Under the pieces are notes generated by a model. The model was given only the letters and a program-made list of their open reading frames with translations. It had not been told where the DNA came from and searched no databases. The translations under genes and the position numbers were made by a program. This document shows positions 32,755 to 42,216 of a DNA stretch of 64,000 nucleotides, in pieces. Each line of letters starts with the position of its first letter. The stretch's first letter is position 1. Source of the DNA: an uncultured archaeon (GTDB taxonomy: Archaea > Asgardarchaeota > Heimdallarchaeia > Heimdallarchaeales > Heimdallarchaeaceae); assembly GCA_964534625.1 (NCBI GenBank), contig CAZHRF010000001.1, positions 72,897 through 136,896 of the forward strand, in the 5' to 3' direction.

Positions 32755-33630
32755 TTATTGCTTGTTCTGTTTAGCAAGAATTAACTCGAATACTCTCTTA
32801 CTTGGATATTTAATATTAATAAGTTTGAGCTGCTCCACATCTTCAGAAAGTTCTGAAGTGAAATTAACGATTGAATAGGAGTCCTTTGTCTCTGGTATGA
32901 ATTCAACCTTTGTTATTTGATCCCAATCTAATTCCCTTTTAACATTTCCCAGACGATTTTTGACTATAACCCCTTGTGGTCCGATTTTAAAAATCGTTTT
33001 TTCCTTTAATAGAGATTGAATGACTTTAAATAATAAATACAATGTGGTCACTATGAGTTGGACATAACCTATTGTTGAGGCAATTAATGCTAAGGTAAAG
33101 AATGAGTGCTCTCTAAAAACTGATAAAACTAGAAACATATAAGTAATGATACTTGGATAAGTAGAAAAACTAATAATTATGAATTTAAAGAATCCTTTTT
33201 CTTTAAATATTAAATTTGAACTTTTTTGCTTAATACTGGTTCTTAGATTCCATTTGAAATCCGAAAGGTAAGACACTGTTTCCATTTTAATTATTGACCC
33301 TACGACTATAGTTGTGGATAAGACACTATGATAAAAAGAAAACTGTAAATATAAGTCCTTTATAATGCTGTTTGTCGATAGAATGAAAATTGGTGTGAGT
33401 AATATATAACCAATCATAAAAACACCAAGAATAAAAAGAGCGTCCCATTGGTATGAAAAAATCACTATGACAAGCGAAAATATAAACAGACTAATTATCA
33501 ATCCCAAGTAAATATATTCTACTGGTAATTGAGCAAAAACACGAAACATTGTTATTAAGAAAGTTGCAAAGATAGTAGCAAATATGATTGCTAAAATATT
33601 CTTCCTAACTCGATTTGACAAATTAACCAT
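32755..33630 (-). CDS. integral membrane protein with C-terminal soluble (possibly PH-like) domain
   Basis: 291 aa. Six or more hydrophobic helices are followed by about 90 soluble residues. Confidence 0.4.
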   Translation of the reverse strand: MVNLSNRVRKNILAIIFATIFATFLITMFRVFAQLPVEYIYLGLIISLFIFSLVIVIFSYQWDALFILGVFMIGYILLTPIFILSTNSIIKDLYLQFSFYHSVLSTTIVVGSIIKMETVSYLSDFKWNLRTSIKQKSSNLIFKEKGFFKFIIISFSTYPSIITYMFLVLSVFREHSFFTLALIASTIGYVQLIVTTLYLLFKVIQSLLKEKTIFKIGPQGVIVKNRLGNVKRELDWDQITKVEFIPETKDSYSIVNFTSELSEDVEQLKLINIKYPSKRVFELILAKQNKQ

Positions 33631-33639
33631 AAAAATCCT

Positions 33640-33921
33640 TCAATTTTCTTCTAGTTTGGGTGGGCTTGGCTGTAGTTTATCCCTATAAACTATCGCAAGA
33701 TAGACAGACAAACCTACTATTGCAATCCATGTTTCAATTGCATATAAACGTCTAATAGTCATTTCCTCTCTAGGCACTGTTGTGGCGGATCTAAAAAGGA
33801 TTCCACTATTTCCTCCATACGTGTTAATAATAAATACTTGATACGCTCCATAAAGTATTTGGAGAATAAAATTTATGATTATTACTATATGCAATATTTT
33901 CCATGTGTTTGTTTTTTTCAC
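33640..33921 (-). CDS. small membrane protein
   Basis: 93 aa with two hydrophobic helices. It lies 9 bp upstream of the preceding membrane-protein gene on the same strand. Confidence 0.3.
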   Translation of the reverse strand: MKKTNTWKILHIVIIINFILQILYGAYQVFIINTYGGNSGILFRSATTVPREEMTIRRLYAIETWIAIVGLSVYLAIVYRDKLQPSPPKLEEN

Positions 33922-33972
33922 GTATATAAATGATTTACATTTATTTTAAAACTTTGTATTGTTCAAGGTGTA

Positions 33973-35031
33973 TTATTTGTGTTTCTTGATACCTTCATCA
34001 ATTTTGATTTCAAAAGTCTTTGCGCCCCTATTCTTTAAAGCTTCTTTGATTTTAGCTTTTTTGGTAGGAGCAAATATGAGGAAACATCCACCATGACCAC
34101 TACCTAACAATTTACAAGCTTGTGCCCCATTTTCATTTGCAATTTTAACATACCTTTTCATTCTAGATGTGACATTATCAAAAAAGTTTTCTTGGAAGTG
34201 ATGATGTCTATTAATCAATTCGGCAAATCTATGCTCATCAAATAAAGGTTTGTTTAACAATTTATAACCTGCCCTAACTATATCCCTAATCCCTAGTATC
34301 CCTAATAAACGTTTCAACTCAAGTTTTGGATATCTGTGATACAAACTTTGAGTTTTGTTAAAAGGATAAGATACTATATCAAATGTTCTATCATTTCTTT
34401 TTACAAATTCAATTCCCTTATATATCTGTTGTTTTCTTTTCTTTATGCTATAAACCGTTTCTTTACTCTCCAGCGTATCACATATTAATAACCCTTTAAT
34501 ATTATTTGAAAGGTTTTTCCAATAAATGGGCTTCCGACATACAATATATAACAACTGCCCTATGCTAGTTGCAAAATGATCCATCATACCTCCTGCTTCA
34601 TTTAAACTAACAACTTCTGCTTCATAGGCGCGTTTTGCGATTTCTTCTTTAGACGAACCTGTTTTAGTTATGTAATCAAACAAAGCTATAAGCGCAGAAC
34701 ATAAAGCGGAGGAAGAAGACAATCCTTTACCTATTGGTAAGCTAGAATAAATAGATATTGTTGCTCCAAAATTATCTGGAAATTTGTTAAAATACATGTT
34801 AAATGCTGATTTAATATAATCCCTTTTGTGTAATTCTTGTCTAGCAAACTTGAATTCGTAATTTTCTTGTTTATCTAATAGGTTAACATGAATAGTGCTG
34901 TGATTATTTATTAAAGCTTTAATGTGAACTCTTCTGTTGATTCCAGCTACTATAGATTCAAGTCCCATATAGTCTACATCTTCACCGAAAAGACAAATCC
35001 TTCCCGGTGCACTAAAATGGATTTTATTCAT
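33973..35031 (-). CDS. mvk: mevalonate kinase (GHMP kinase family)
   Basis: 352 aa. The N-terminal APGRICLFGEDVDY and the GHMP ATP-binding motif PIGKGLSSSSALCSA are present. Confidence 0.7.
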   Translation of the reverse strand: MNKIHFSAPGRICLFGEDVDYMGLESIVAGINRRVHIKALINNHSTIHVNLLDKQENYEFKFARQELHKRDYIKSAFNMYFNKFPDNFGATISIYSSLPIGKGLSSSSALCSALIALFDYITKTGSSKEEIAKRAYEAEVVSLNEAGGMMDHFATSIGQLLYIVCRKPIYWKNLSNNIKGLLICDTLESKETVYSIKKRKQQIYKGIEFVKRNDRTFDIVSYPFNKTQSLYHRYPKLELKRLLGILGIRDIVRAGYKLLNKPLFDEHRFAELINRHHHFQENFFDNVTSRMKRYVKIANENGAQACKLLGSGHGGCFLIFAPTKKAKIKEALKNRGAKTFEIKIDEGIKKHK

Positions 35032-35034
35032 TGA

Positions 35035-36363
35035 TTAATCCCATTTTTCTTGATATTTTTTAACTTTTGCAACTAACTTCGGATAATTTATTGTTTTAAA
35101 ATCTCCATCTTTGAAAATAATTTTGCCATTTATCATTGTCAACCAAACATCTTTACCTTCTGCAGAATAGACAAGATGTGAGATTGGATTATACATTGGT
35201 AGAGCATTTACATCAGTTATATCTATTAGTGCTAAGTCTGCTTTCTTATTGGGTTCTATAGAACCTATCTCTGATGCCCAGTTTATCGATTTGGCTCCTT
35301 CTATCGTGGCCATTCTCAGTGTTTCATTTGCAGGAAGTGCCTTTTCATTTAAGTGTTTTAATTTTTGTAAAAAGGTGGCTAACCGCATTTCTCGAAACAT
35401 ATCTAAATTATTATTACATGGGGCACCATCAGTTGCTAAGCTGATTTTTACTCCCATCTTTTTATATTTCACTACATCACAGATGCCTGAAGCAAGTTTA
35501 GCATTACTGCTAGGATTGTGACTTATTCTAGTGTCTGTATTTTTGATTAACTGATATTCTTCATTGTCTAACCAAATACCATGGGCTAATATTGTATCTT
35601 TTCCTAGTATATTTAATTCTTTTAATTTCCTGATATAACTCATACCGTGAACTTGTTTCACTTCTTTGCATTCTTTTTTGTTTTCTGATGCATGTGTATG
35701 GATCATTATATCCTCATACTCATTTTTTATATTGTTCAATTCAGTCATGAGATTTGCCGAACAAGAGAGAAGAAATCGGGGATTCAATGAGTATTTTATT
35801 CTTGCTTCCACTATATTGTGAAATTTATTGATATGTTTATGTAGATTAGAAACAATCTCTTCCGTATCAGAAATCATATCATCAGGAAATCCAACGTTCA
35901 AATCCATTAACATTCTACCAATTCTGGTCCTAATACCTGTTTGAATGGCTGCTTGAATGCCCTTCTCGCTATCATGCGTTGTAAGCAAATCATTACACGT
36001 TGTTGTCCCTGTACGAATCATTTCAGAGAAACCAACTAATGAAGATGTATAGACCTCGTCAGGACTAAAGTTACACTCTCCAATTAATACAACTTTTCTT
36101 AACCAATCTAATAAGGATAGGTCATCGCCTTTGCCTCTCAAAAGGGACTGAACGCTATGGGCGTGCGTGTTAACAAGACCTGGGATGAGGATTTTATTTT
36201 TTCCCTCAATAATTTTACCAGCAGAATAATCTTGATGAATCCTTCTTTTTGTACCAACATCAAGGATTTTATCACCTTTAATATAGAGCGCACCATCTTT
36301 AATAATCTGGTTCTTTTCATTGCAAGTAACAATATAATCAGATTCAATAACTAGTTCGTTCAA
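35035..36363 (-). CDS. amidohydrolase, MtaD/DadD-type (5'-methylthioadenosine / S-adenosylhomocysteine / 5'-deoxyadenosine deaminase family)
   Basis: 442 aa. Contains PGLVNTHAHSVQSLLRG (the metal-binding HxH), and downstream IHTHASE and SLATDGAPCNN. Confidence 0.75.
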   Translation of the reverse strand: MNELVIESDYIVTCNEKNQIIKDGALYIKGDKILDVGTKRRIHQDYSAGKIIEGKNKILIPGLVNTHAHSVQSLLRGKGDDLSLLDWLRKVVLIGECNFSPDEVYTSSLVGFSEMIRTGTTTCNDLLTTHDSEKGIQAAIQTGIRTRIGRMLMDLNVGFPDDMISDTEEIVSNLHKHINKFHNIVEARIKYSLNPRFLLSCSANLMTELNNIKNEYEDIMIHTHASENKKECKEVKQVHGMSYIRKLKELNILGKDTILAHGIWLDNEEYQLIKNTDTRISHNPSSNAKLASGICDVVKYKKMGVKISLATDGAPCNNNLDMFREMRLATFLQKLKHLNEKALPANETLRMATIEGAKSINWASEIGSIEPNKKADLALIDITDVNALPMYNPISHLVYSAEGKDVWLTMINGKIIFKDGDFKTINYPKLVAKVKKYQEKWD

Positions 36364-36430
36364 TGCAATACAAAAAAGGGCATTAGATTAATAAATCCTT
36401 TTCTGTTTGGTAATATAGAAGTGAAAATCT

Positions 36431-37090
36431 TTGAACAATCCCGAATTAACTACTCTGACAGATGAGATGAAAAAATGTGTTGCGTGTCATTTAAAAGATA
36501 GTCGAATCAATGTCGTTCCAGGTCTTTACGGAGAAAAAAATGGTTTATGTTTTATTGGAGAAGCACCGGGTTATAATGAAGACAAACAAGGAAAACCATT
36601 TGTGGGTAGATCAGGTAAATTACTTGACAAGATGATGCATCTAATTGGTTATTCAAGGAAAAATGTGAGTATACTGAATGTAGTTAAATGTAGACCTACC
36701 ACTGTTGATGGAAATAACAGAACACCAAAAGTTACAGAGGTAAGATTTTGTGCAGAAAAATGGTTATATAAACAATTAGAATTGTTATCACCAAAATTAT
36801 TAGTGACATTGGGTTCTATTTCTCTGAATCTGTTCTTTCCTTCAAGTTCAGTCACAAAGATGGCTGGTACGTTAAGAAAAATTTCCAATGATTATTTTGT
36901 TTTTATTACTTATCATCCTGCTTATTTACTTAGACGGCAAACTCAGGACTTACTTAATGAATATGAAACCCATTTTAAACAGATAGCAGAATTGATGAAA
37001 TTCGATCAAATAAAGGATGATAGTTTTTCTGAAGATTTTGTTCTAGAAATAAATAAAAAACAAAAAAAATTGACTGATTATTTTAATTAA
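36431..37090 (+). CDS. udg: uracil-DNA glycosylase, family 4
   Basis: 219 aa. Contains CVACHL...GEAPGYNEDKQGKPFVGRSGKLL...VVKCRP...HPAYLLR, the family-4 UDG motifs and Fe-S cysteines. Confidence 0.8.
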   Translation: MNNPELTTLTDEMKKCVACHLKDSRINVVPGLYGEKNGLCFIGEAPGYNEDKQGKPFVGRSGKLLDKMMHLIGYSRKNVSILNVVKCRPTTVDGNNRTPKVTEVRFCAEKWLYKQLELLSPKLLVTLGSISLNLFFPSSSVTKMAGTLRKISNDYFVFITYHPAYLLRRQTQDLLNEYETHFKQIAELMKFDQIKDDSFSEDFVLEINKKQKKLTDYFN

Positions 37091-37138
37091 GAGCCAGTAA
37101 GAATTATATTTATATTCTCTAACTTTCTTTATGTTTTT

Positions 37139-38521
37139 ATGGAAAAAAAACTATCTTTATTTGGTACTGCAGGGATAAGAGGGTTATTTGGAAAAAAAAT
37201 AACAGCAGAATTGGTAATTAAAATCAGTCAAATTATCTCGGATATGCATCCTAATAAAGGAATGGTGGTTGGACATGATGCGCGGACCTCTTCAGAAACC
37301 CTTGCACAATACGCTAGTGCTGCTTTAAGTATTTCTGGTTCAAAAGTATATAACTGTGGATTGTGTTCTTTTCCCGTAATCGCAAATCTAACTTTAAAGA
37401 ATAATCATAATATTGCGATATATATTACAGCTAGTCATAATCCTCCTGAATATAATGGTATTAAACTTTTAATAAATGGAAGAGAGTTTACAAAATATGA
37501 GCAAGATTTGATCGAGAAACAATTGGATATCTTCAAAAAAGAAATAAACATAAAACATGGAAAGTGGTTTCAGATTATTTCTCAAAAAAGTATTGATGGA
37601 ACTTATTTCTATAAAAAAAGAATTGAACAAATATTTAATATAAAGGGAGATAAAAGGGATATAGTGATCGATTGTGCCAATGGGCCAATGTCTCTCTTAT
37701 CTCCTCTTCTACTTTCTGAATTTGGATATCGAGTTATATCACTTAATGCACATGTTGATGGTTCTTTTCCCGGTAGATTAAGTGAACCAGTTCCGGAAAA
37801 TCTCTCTTTGTTGATAGACACATGCAAAAAAATCAAAGCTATAGGTGTGGCACAAGATGGAGATGGTGATAGATTCTCATTAATTGATGAAGATGGAACA
37901 TACATAGAACTATCAAGGATAAATGCACTATTAGCAAAGATAATGCTTGAAGAATGTGGTCCAGGTACTATAATACTTAGTATTGATTCGTCAACAACTA
38001 TTGATAAAATTGTTAATGATAGACATGGAAAGATAATTAGGACTAATTTGGGTGAGTTGCATACAAAAATAATAGATTTCATAGAAACAGATAAAAAAAT
38101 AATTTTTGCAGCAGAACCATGGAAACCAATATTTCCTGAATGGGGAATGTGGATTGATGGATTATATGGTTTACTCAAGATTCTTGAATACTTGGAACGG
38201 AAAGACATGCGCTTATCTAAAGCGATGGACGCGATACCACAAAATTACTGTAAAAGATTCTCTTATCGTTTGAACAAGGAGGAAATAGACAGAAAATATG
38301 AAAAGTGTAAGTATGCTATTAAAACTTATTTAGATGATGAACAAAAGAAAATCTTGAATTTTGATGGATACAGATATGATATGCAAGATGGAACATGGAT
38401 ACTCATTAGAAAATCTGGAACTGAACCAAAAATTCGATTATATCTTGAATCACCAAAAAAGGATAGATTCCAGTGGATTAATACCTTAGTTAGTAGATTA
38501 GAACATATAATAAACGAATGA
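37139..38521 (+). CDS. phosphohexomutase (phosphoglucosamine / phosphomannomutase family)
   Basis: 460 aa. Contains the N-terminal FGTAGIRG, the active-site loop ITASHNPPEYNGIKL, and the GDGDR metal site. Confidence 0.8.
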   Translation: MEKKLSLFGTAGIRGLFGKKITAELVIKISQIISDMHPNKGMVVGHDARTSSETLAQYASAALSISGSKVYNCGLCSFPVIANLTLKNNHNIAIYITASHNPPEYNGIKLLINGREFTKYEQDLIEKQLDIFKKEINIKHGKWFQIISQKSIDGTYFYKKRIEQIFNIKGDKRDIVIDCANGPMSLLSPLLLSEFGYRVISLNAHVDGSFPGRLSEPVPENLSLLIDTCKKIKAIGVAQDGDGDRFSLIDEDGTYIELSRINALLAKIMLEECGPGTIILSIDSSTTIDKIVNDRHGKIIRTNLGELHTKIIDFIETDKKIIFAAEPWKPIFPEWGMWIDGLYGLLKILEYLERKDMRLSKAMDAIPQNYCKRFSYRLNKEEIDRKYEKCKYAIKTYLDDEQKKILNFDGYRYDMQDGTWILIRKSGTEPKIRLYLESPKKDRFQWINTLVSRLEHIINE

Positions 38522-38534
38522 GTTATTGGTCAAA

Positions 38535-38644
38535 AAAGTTGTAAAGAAGGAATTAAAAGCAATTTATCTAATAAGGCTGGTTATAAAGAAAAGTTGTAAA
38601 GAAGGAATTAAAAGCAATTTATCTAATAAGGCTTGTTATAAAGA
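38535..38644. repeat. perfect-to-near-perfect tandem direct repeat, 2 x 55 bp
   Basis: The unit aaagttgtaaagaaggaattaaaagcaatttatctaataaggctGgttataaaga is followed immediately by an identical copy with a single G-to-T difference. It sits directly downstream of the phosphohexomutase stop codon. Confidence 0.8.
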
Positions 38645-38726
38645 GAAATATTTAGAAAGCATCTTGTATTACTTTTTTTGTTAACAATAATGCTGTGCTG
38701 GTGATTATTTTTTTTGTTACACTTGA

Positions 38727-39377
38727 TCAGAACAAAATTAGTTTTCTACCTTTGCAGTAGGGGCATCCACTAGAATAACAACGATTACAAAAAGCTCTTC
38801 CACAATTTGAGCACTTTCCTACTGCCACTTTTTTACATGTTTTACAGCGTTTCGCAAAAACTCGTGATGCAGACCGATAAATCACAAAAGAAACAAACCC
38901 CCCTGCAGCAATACTACCGATAACGATTATAGTTGTAATAATTATACTTCCAATAGAATTACCACTTTCTTCTCCTGAAGGAGTATATCCATGCACTTTA
39001 TATATCTGAAGATCCATATAATATAATGTTTTTCCTGCAAGATGACCGTATTCAGGATCATTTTGGCTAAATCCTTCATCGGGTGGAATTTCGAGTCTGT
39101 AAATTTGTCCAAGTTTTAGTCCTATAATACGTTCATATAATCCTATTGGCCTCACAACATCTGGAACCACACGTTGCTTTTTAGGTTGTGTTTTACTAAA
39201 AACTTCAATTATTTGTGGGTCTTCACCAGCTCTAAGTACATATCCATATTCGATGATTTCACCTGATTCTACGCCCTTTTCTGGAGTGTAAGCAGATACA
39301 CTTAGAAAGACCATGGGTACAAAAACAACAAACGCAATTAAACACAAAGGGATAATTTTGCGATTCATTGTAAACAT
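38727..39377 (-). CDS. membrane-anchored protein with extracytoplasmic FKBP-like PPIase domain and cytoplasmic Cys-rich zinc ribbon
   Basis: 216 aa. It has an N-terminal signal/TM, a central GLKLGQIYRLEIPPDEGF...GHLAGKTLYYMDLQIYKV segment resembling the FKBP fold, a second TM, and a C-terminal CKTCKK...CSNCGRAFCNRC...CPYC. Confidence 0.4.
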   Translation of the reverse strand: MFTMNRKIIPLCLIAFVVFVPMVFLSVSAYTPEKGVESGEIIEYGYVLRAGEDPQIIEVFSKTQPKKQRVVPDVVRPIGLYERIIGLKLGQIYRLEIPPDEGFSQNDPEYGHLAGKTLYYMDLQIYKVHGYTPSGEESGNSIGSIIITTIIVIGSIAAGGFVSFVIYRSASRVFAKRCKTCKKVAVGKCSNCGRAFCNRCYSSGCPYCKGRKLILF

Positions 39378-39573
39378 GAAAAAATGTAAAAATAAAAATT
39401 TATCGAATGGCGAGGATTGGATGAGTTATTTTTTAAAAAAAATAATAAGATTAGTTTATAACCTTTTAAAAGAAAATTAATTAAAGTATGTAATTAGCTA
39501 GTTGTTAAATACTGAAATATGATGGAGCGAAGAGTTTTTTAACAGAAAAAAAAGACAAATCTTAATCTTAAAA

Positions 39574-39658
39574 GCTAGGATAACCAAGCGGTCAACGGTG
39601 GTGGTCTCGAAAACCACTGGCTTTAGCCTCGGGGGTTCAAATCCCCTTCCTAGCTCCA
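39574..39658 (+). tRNA. tRNA-Ser (anticodon CGA), CCA encoded
   Basis: Reads GCTAGGA-TA-ACC..GGT, then GTGGT-CTCGAAA-ACCAC, a long variable arm TGGCTTTAGCCTC, then GGGGG-TTCAAAT-CCCCT, then TCCTAGC-T-CCA. Confidence 0.85.
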
Positions 39659-39807
39659 TAAAACTTCTAGTAATACAAGTATTCATTTTACTTTATTTTA
39701 ATGGAAAAGAGATTTTTATAGACATTACTGGAAATAATCTTCTTATTTTATTAAAAATAATTTTATTTCAGTAAGTTTTTATTATTGTTCTCTTTTTTGA
39801 CATATGG

Positions 39808-41250
39808 GTGTTTATTATGAATGTTTCCACATTTCGTGTTCGTAGTATTTATGACATCCCGATCATAGAACTATTAAGGGATGAATTAGGTTATAAAATT
39901 GTACAAGCAACAAAAGAACAAGCTGATCTTTTTGGAGTAAAGGAAAACTTAGATCCCTATGATATTGAGATTTCTGATATTTTAGGTGGATATGGGGTTT
40001 CTATTGAAGCAGAGGAAGAATATGTAGATGCGATAATGGGCGTTTTTGTTGAAAAAATTCCTGATGTTATTGTTATGCAGCATCCAATTCAAATTCATGC
40101 GACATATAATGGTCGAATTGTGCATGTTAATTATGATAAGAAACTTTGTATTGTTGACATTGGGGAAAGTATAACTGCCATTATGTTCGATAAACAGTTT
40201 CGTAGAGGTGAAAAGGTCGTCGTCCAGATAAAACAGTTAAATATTCTACAAGATAAATTACCTATTTGTTCACCTATTATACATTTTCCTGGACAATTTG
40301 TTATTTTGGAACGTGATACAAACTTTGTTCGTGTTTCAAGAAAATTACCTAAAGAAGAGCGGGATCGATTATTTGAACTTGGGAAAGAATTAAGACCAAG
40401 AAATCATGGGCTTATTATGCGTACTAGTGCTGCAACGGCAGAAGAAACAGAGATACAAACAGATATTGAAAGATTAGTCCAACAATCACAAGAGTTGGAT
40501 TTTATTATATCTGGTTCTTCATATGGACCGGGTATTCTTCAACCTGGTGATACTGTAGGTCATGTCTTATTTGTGAAGGAAGCTAAAGAAAAACTAGATA
40601 AAATTAGAAATGACATAACTCCAACTATTCCTAATTATCATTGGTTTATGTCCTATTCCCCACAGCTAAAATTAACCACAAACTTTGCAGAAAGGATATC
40701 TTCTGAGATAGATAATAATATTTTATCGACCCTTTTAAAAGAAGTAATATTGGAAAAAGATTTTGCGGAAAATTCCTTACTATCTATTCAAGAGTATAGG
40801 TTAACCTCTCCACCTATTGAAAGAATTGTTGGACAGATTAGCTGGAAGAATAAAATACTAGCTGCTAAACGAAGCTTTCGTTCCTCTCGAGGAACCCATT
40901 ATGCGCTTGAAAAAGACATCTCTTCAGGAGATACTTCCATATTACTAACAAAGTCAGGTAGCTGGACAATACATACAAAGATAATTAGAGATGGTAATAA
41001 TATAGGAGAACACATTAAGTTGGTTACACCTGTCGAATTATATAGTGATGGTTTCATTCGATACATTGATCTAGGAGTAATGTTAATCAAGCAAGAAGAT
41101 TCAGTTAAAATAGTAGAAACAGATGTACTATCTTCTTTAGTAGAGCAAGACATAATATCAAAAACTTTTAAACAAAAAGTTGATGCCATTTTAGCAAAAT
41201 GTAAGGATCTCCTAGAAGAAGGCGAGGAATATGTTATAATAGAAAAATAA
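39808..41250 (+). CDS. RNase E/G-family (FAU-1-like) RNA-binding ribonuclease
   Basis: 480 aa. The S1-like and catalytic core pattern is GRIVHVNYDKKLCIVDIGESITAIMF...GEKVVVQIKQ...VILERDTNFVRVSRKLPKEERDRLFEL...GLIMRTSAATAEETEIQTDIERL. This parallels the RNase E/G consensus AAFVDIG...VQV.KE...lvl.p...vSrki...eR.rL...G.IvRTaa...eeL.rDl.yL. Confidence 0.55.
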   Translation: MFIMNVSTFRVRSIYDIPIIELLRDELGYKIVQATKEQADLFGVKENLDPYDIEISDILGGYGVSIEAEEEYVDAIMGVFVEKIPDVIVMQHPIQIHATYNGRIVHVNYDKKLCIVDIGESITAIMFDKQFRRGEKVVVQIKQLNILQDKLPICSPIIHFPGQFVILERDTNFVRVSRKLPKEERDRLFELGKELRPRNHGLIMRTSAATAEETEIQTDIERLVQQSQELDFIISGSSYGPGILQPGDTVGHVLFVKEAKEKLDKIRNDITPTIPNYHWFMSYSPQLKLTTNFAERISSEIDNNILSTLLKEVILEKDFAENSLLSIQEYRLTSPPIERIVGQISWKNKILAAKRSFRSSRGTHYALEKDISSGDTSILLTKSGSWTIHTKIIRDGNNIGEHIKLVTPVELYSDGFIRYIDLGVMLIKQEDSVKIVETDVLSSLVEQDIISKTFKQKVDAILAKCKDLLEEGEEYVIIEK

Positions 41251-42170
41251 TGGAGATTAAAGTGGAAAAACATTTTATTGGTTTTAGATGGGACGCATCA
41301 GCTGCTCCTTTTCATTTTTTTTTATATCGAGATTTACAAAAACAAAAAAAAAGCTTTGATTTATATCCGATAAATGATTCTAATCAAATAACTATTGAAC
41401 TAACCGATAAAAAAAGATGTATAGGCCATAGAATAAACAAAGAAGAATATTATTTTTGCTCCAACTCAATAGAAGATCCAAAGAGTAAACGATGTTATCA
41501 TTGCGAAATGGAGGATTTTCAGCGATGCTTTTTATTTTGCAATGGGACTAAACCGTTTGGAAATTGTTCTAATAAAGCTGCATATGAATTCTGCAGAGAC
41601 AATACTTGTTATGTTTACCTAGCTTTAGTTGCCAATCAAGTAAAAGTAGGGGTCTCTTTTAATCCTTTAAATCGATGGTTAAACCAAGGTGCCGATTTAG
41701 CTAGTGATGTGTTTCAAGCAAAAAATGGGTTTGAAGCAAGAGTGATAGAAAAGAACATATCATCAGAGTTCAGCATAACTCAGAGCATAAGAGTAAAGGA
41801 AAAAATACGCTTTTTGGATCAAGATTATCAAAACAAGAAATCTCTATATGAAAAATTATTGGGAGAAGTAAAGTTGTATATTAGAAATCAAGCCTACAAA
41901 GGCAGTAGAATAATTGAAGACAAAGTGTATGGCCTCTCCAATTATTATGGTGAGATACCAAATTTAAAGATAAGACCAATTTTCAATAATATTAGAAAGA
42001 GTAAAATGATAACAGGCAAAATCATGGGTATGAAGGGTAGTTTACTAGTAACAAAAAACAACAAAAGTGTTTATGTAACTAATATCAAAGATATCTTTGG
42101 TTATGTAATTCGTTTGTCAAACGATGAAACAACTATGATGGGACAACGTTCATTAAGGGACTTTTTTTAA
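41250..42170 (+). CDS. hypothetical Cys-rich protein, translationally coupled to the FAU-1-like gene
   Basis: 306 aa. Its start codon overlaps the upstream stop by 1 nt (TAATG). Central cluster: CYHCEMEDFQRCFLFCNGTKPFGNCSNKAAYEFCRDNTC. Confidence 0.4.
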   Translation: MEIKVEKHFIGFRWDASAAPFHFFLYRDLQKQKKSFDLYPINDSNQITIELTDKKRCIGHRINKEEYYFCSNSIEDPKSKRCYHCEMEDFQRCFLFCNGTKPFGNCSNKAAYEFCRDNTCYVYLALVANQVKVGVSFNPLNRWLNQGADLASDVFQAKNGFEARVIEKNISSEFSITQSIRVKEKIRFLDQDYQNKKSLYEKLLGEVKLYIRNQAYKGSRIIEDKVYGLSNYYGEIPNLKIRPIFNNIRKSKMITGKIMGMKGSLLVTKNNKSVYVTNIKDIFGYVIRLSNDETTMMGQRSLRDFF

Positions 42171-42216
42171 TTCTTTAAGTACAGAATAATTTAAATTATA
42201 CGATTCCATTTATCAT

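Noticed and set aside
37609-38208. 199-aa minus-strand ORF
   Set aside because: It is antisense to the well-supported phosphohexomutase gene and Ser-rich and low-complexity. It is spurious. The same judgement applies to other antisense ORFs inside ppdK, rpoB, glmS and the GlmU-like gene.
38535-38644. Possible CRISPR array
   Set aside because: Only two directly adjacent copies are present, with no spacers, no partial palindromic repeat structure and no cas genes in the window. It is a simple tandem duplication.
39498-39686. 62-aa minus-strand ORF
   Set aside because: It is antisense to tRNA-Ser (39574-39658). The translation contains GFEPPRL from the T-arm.
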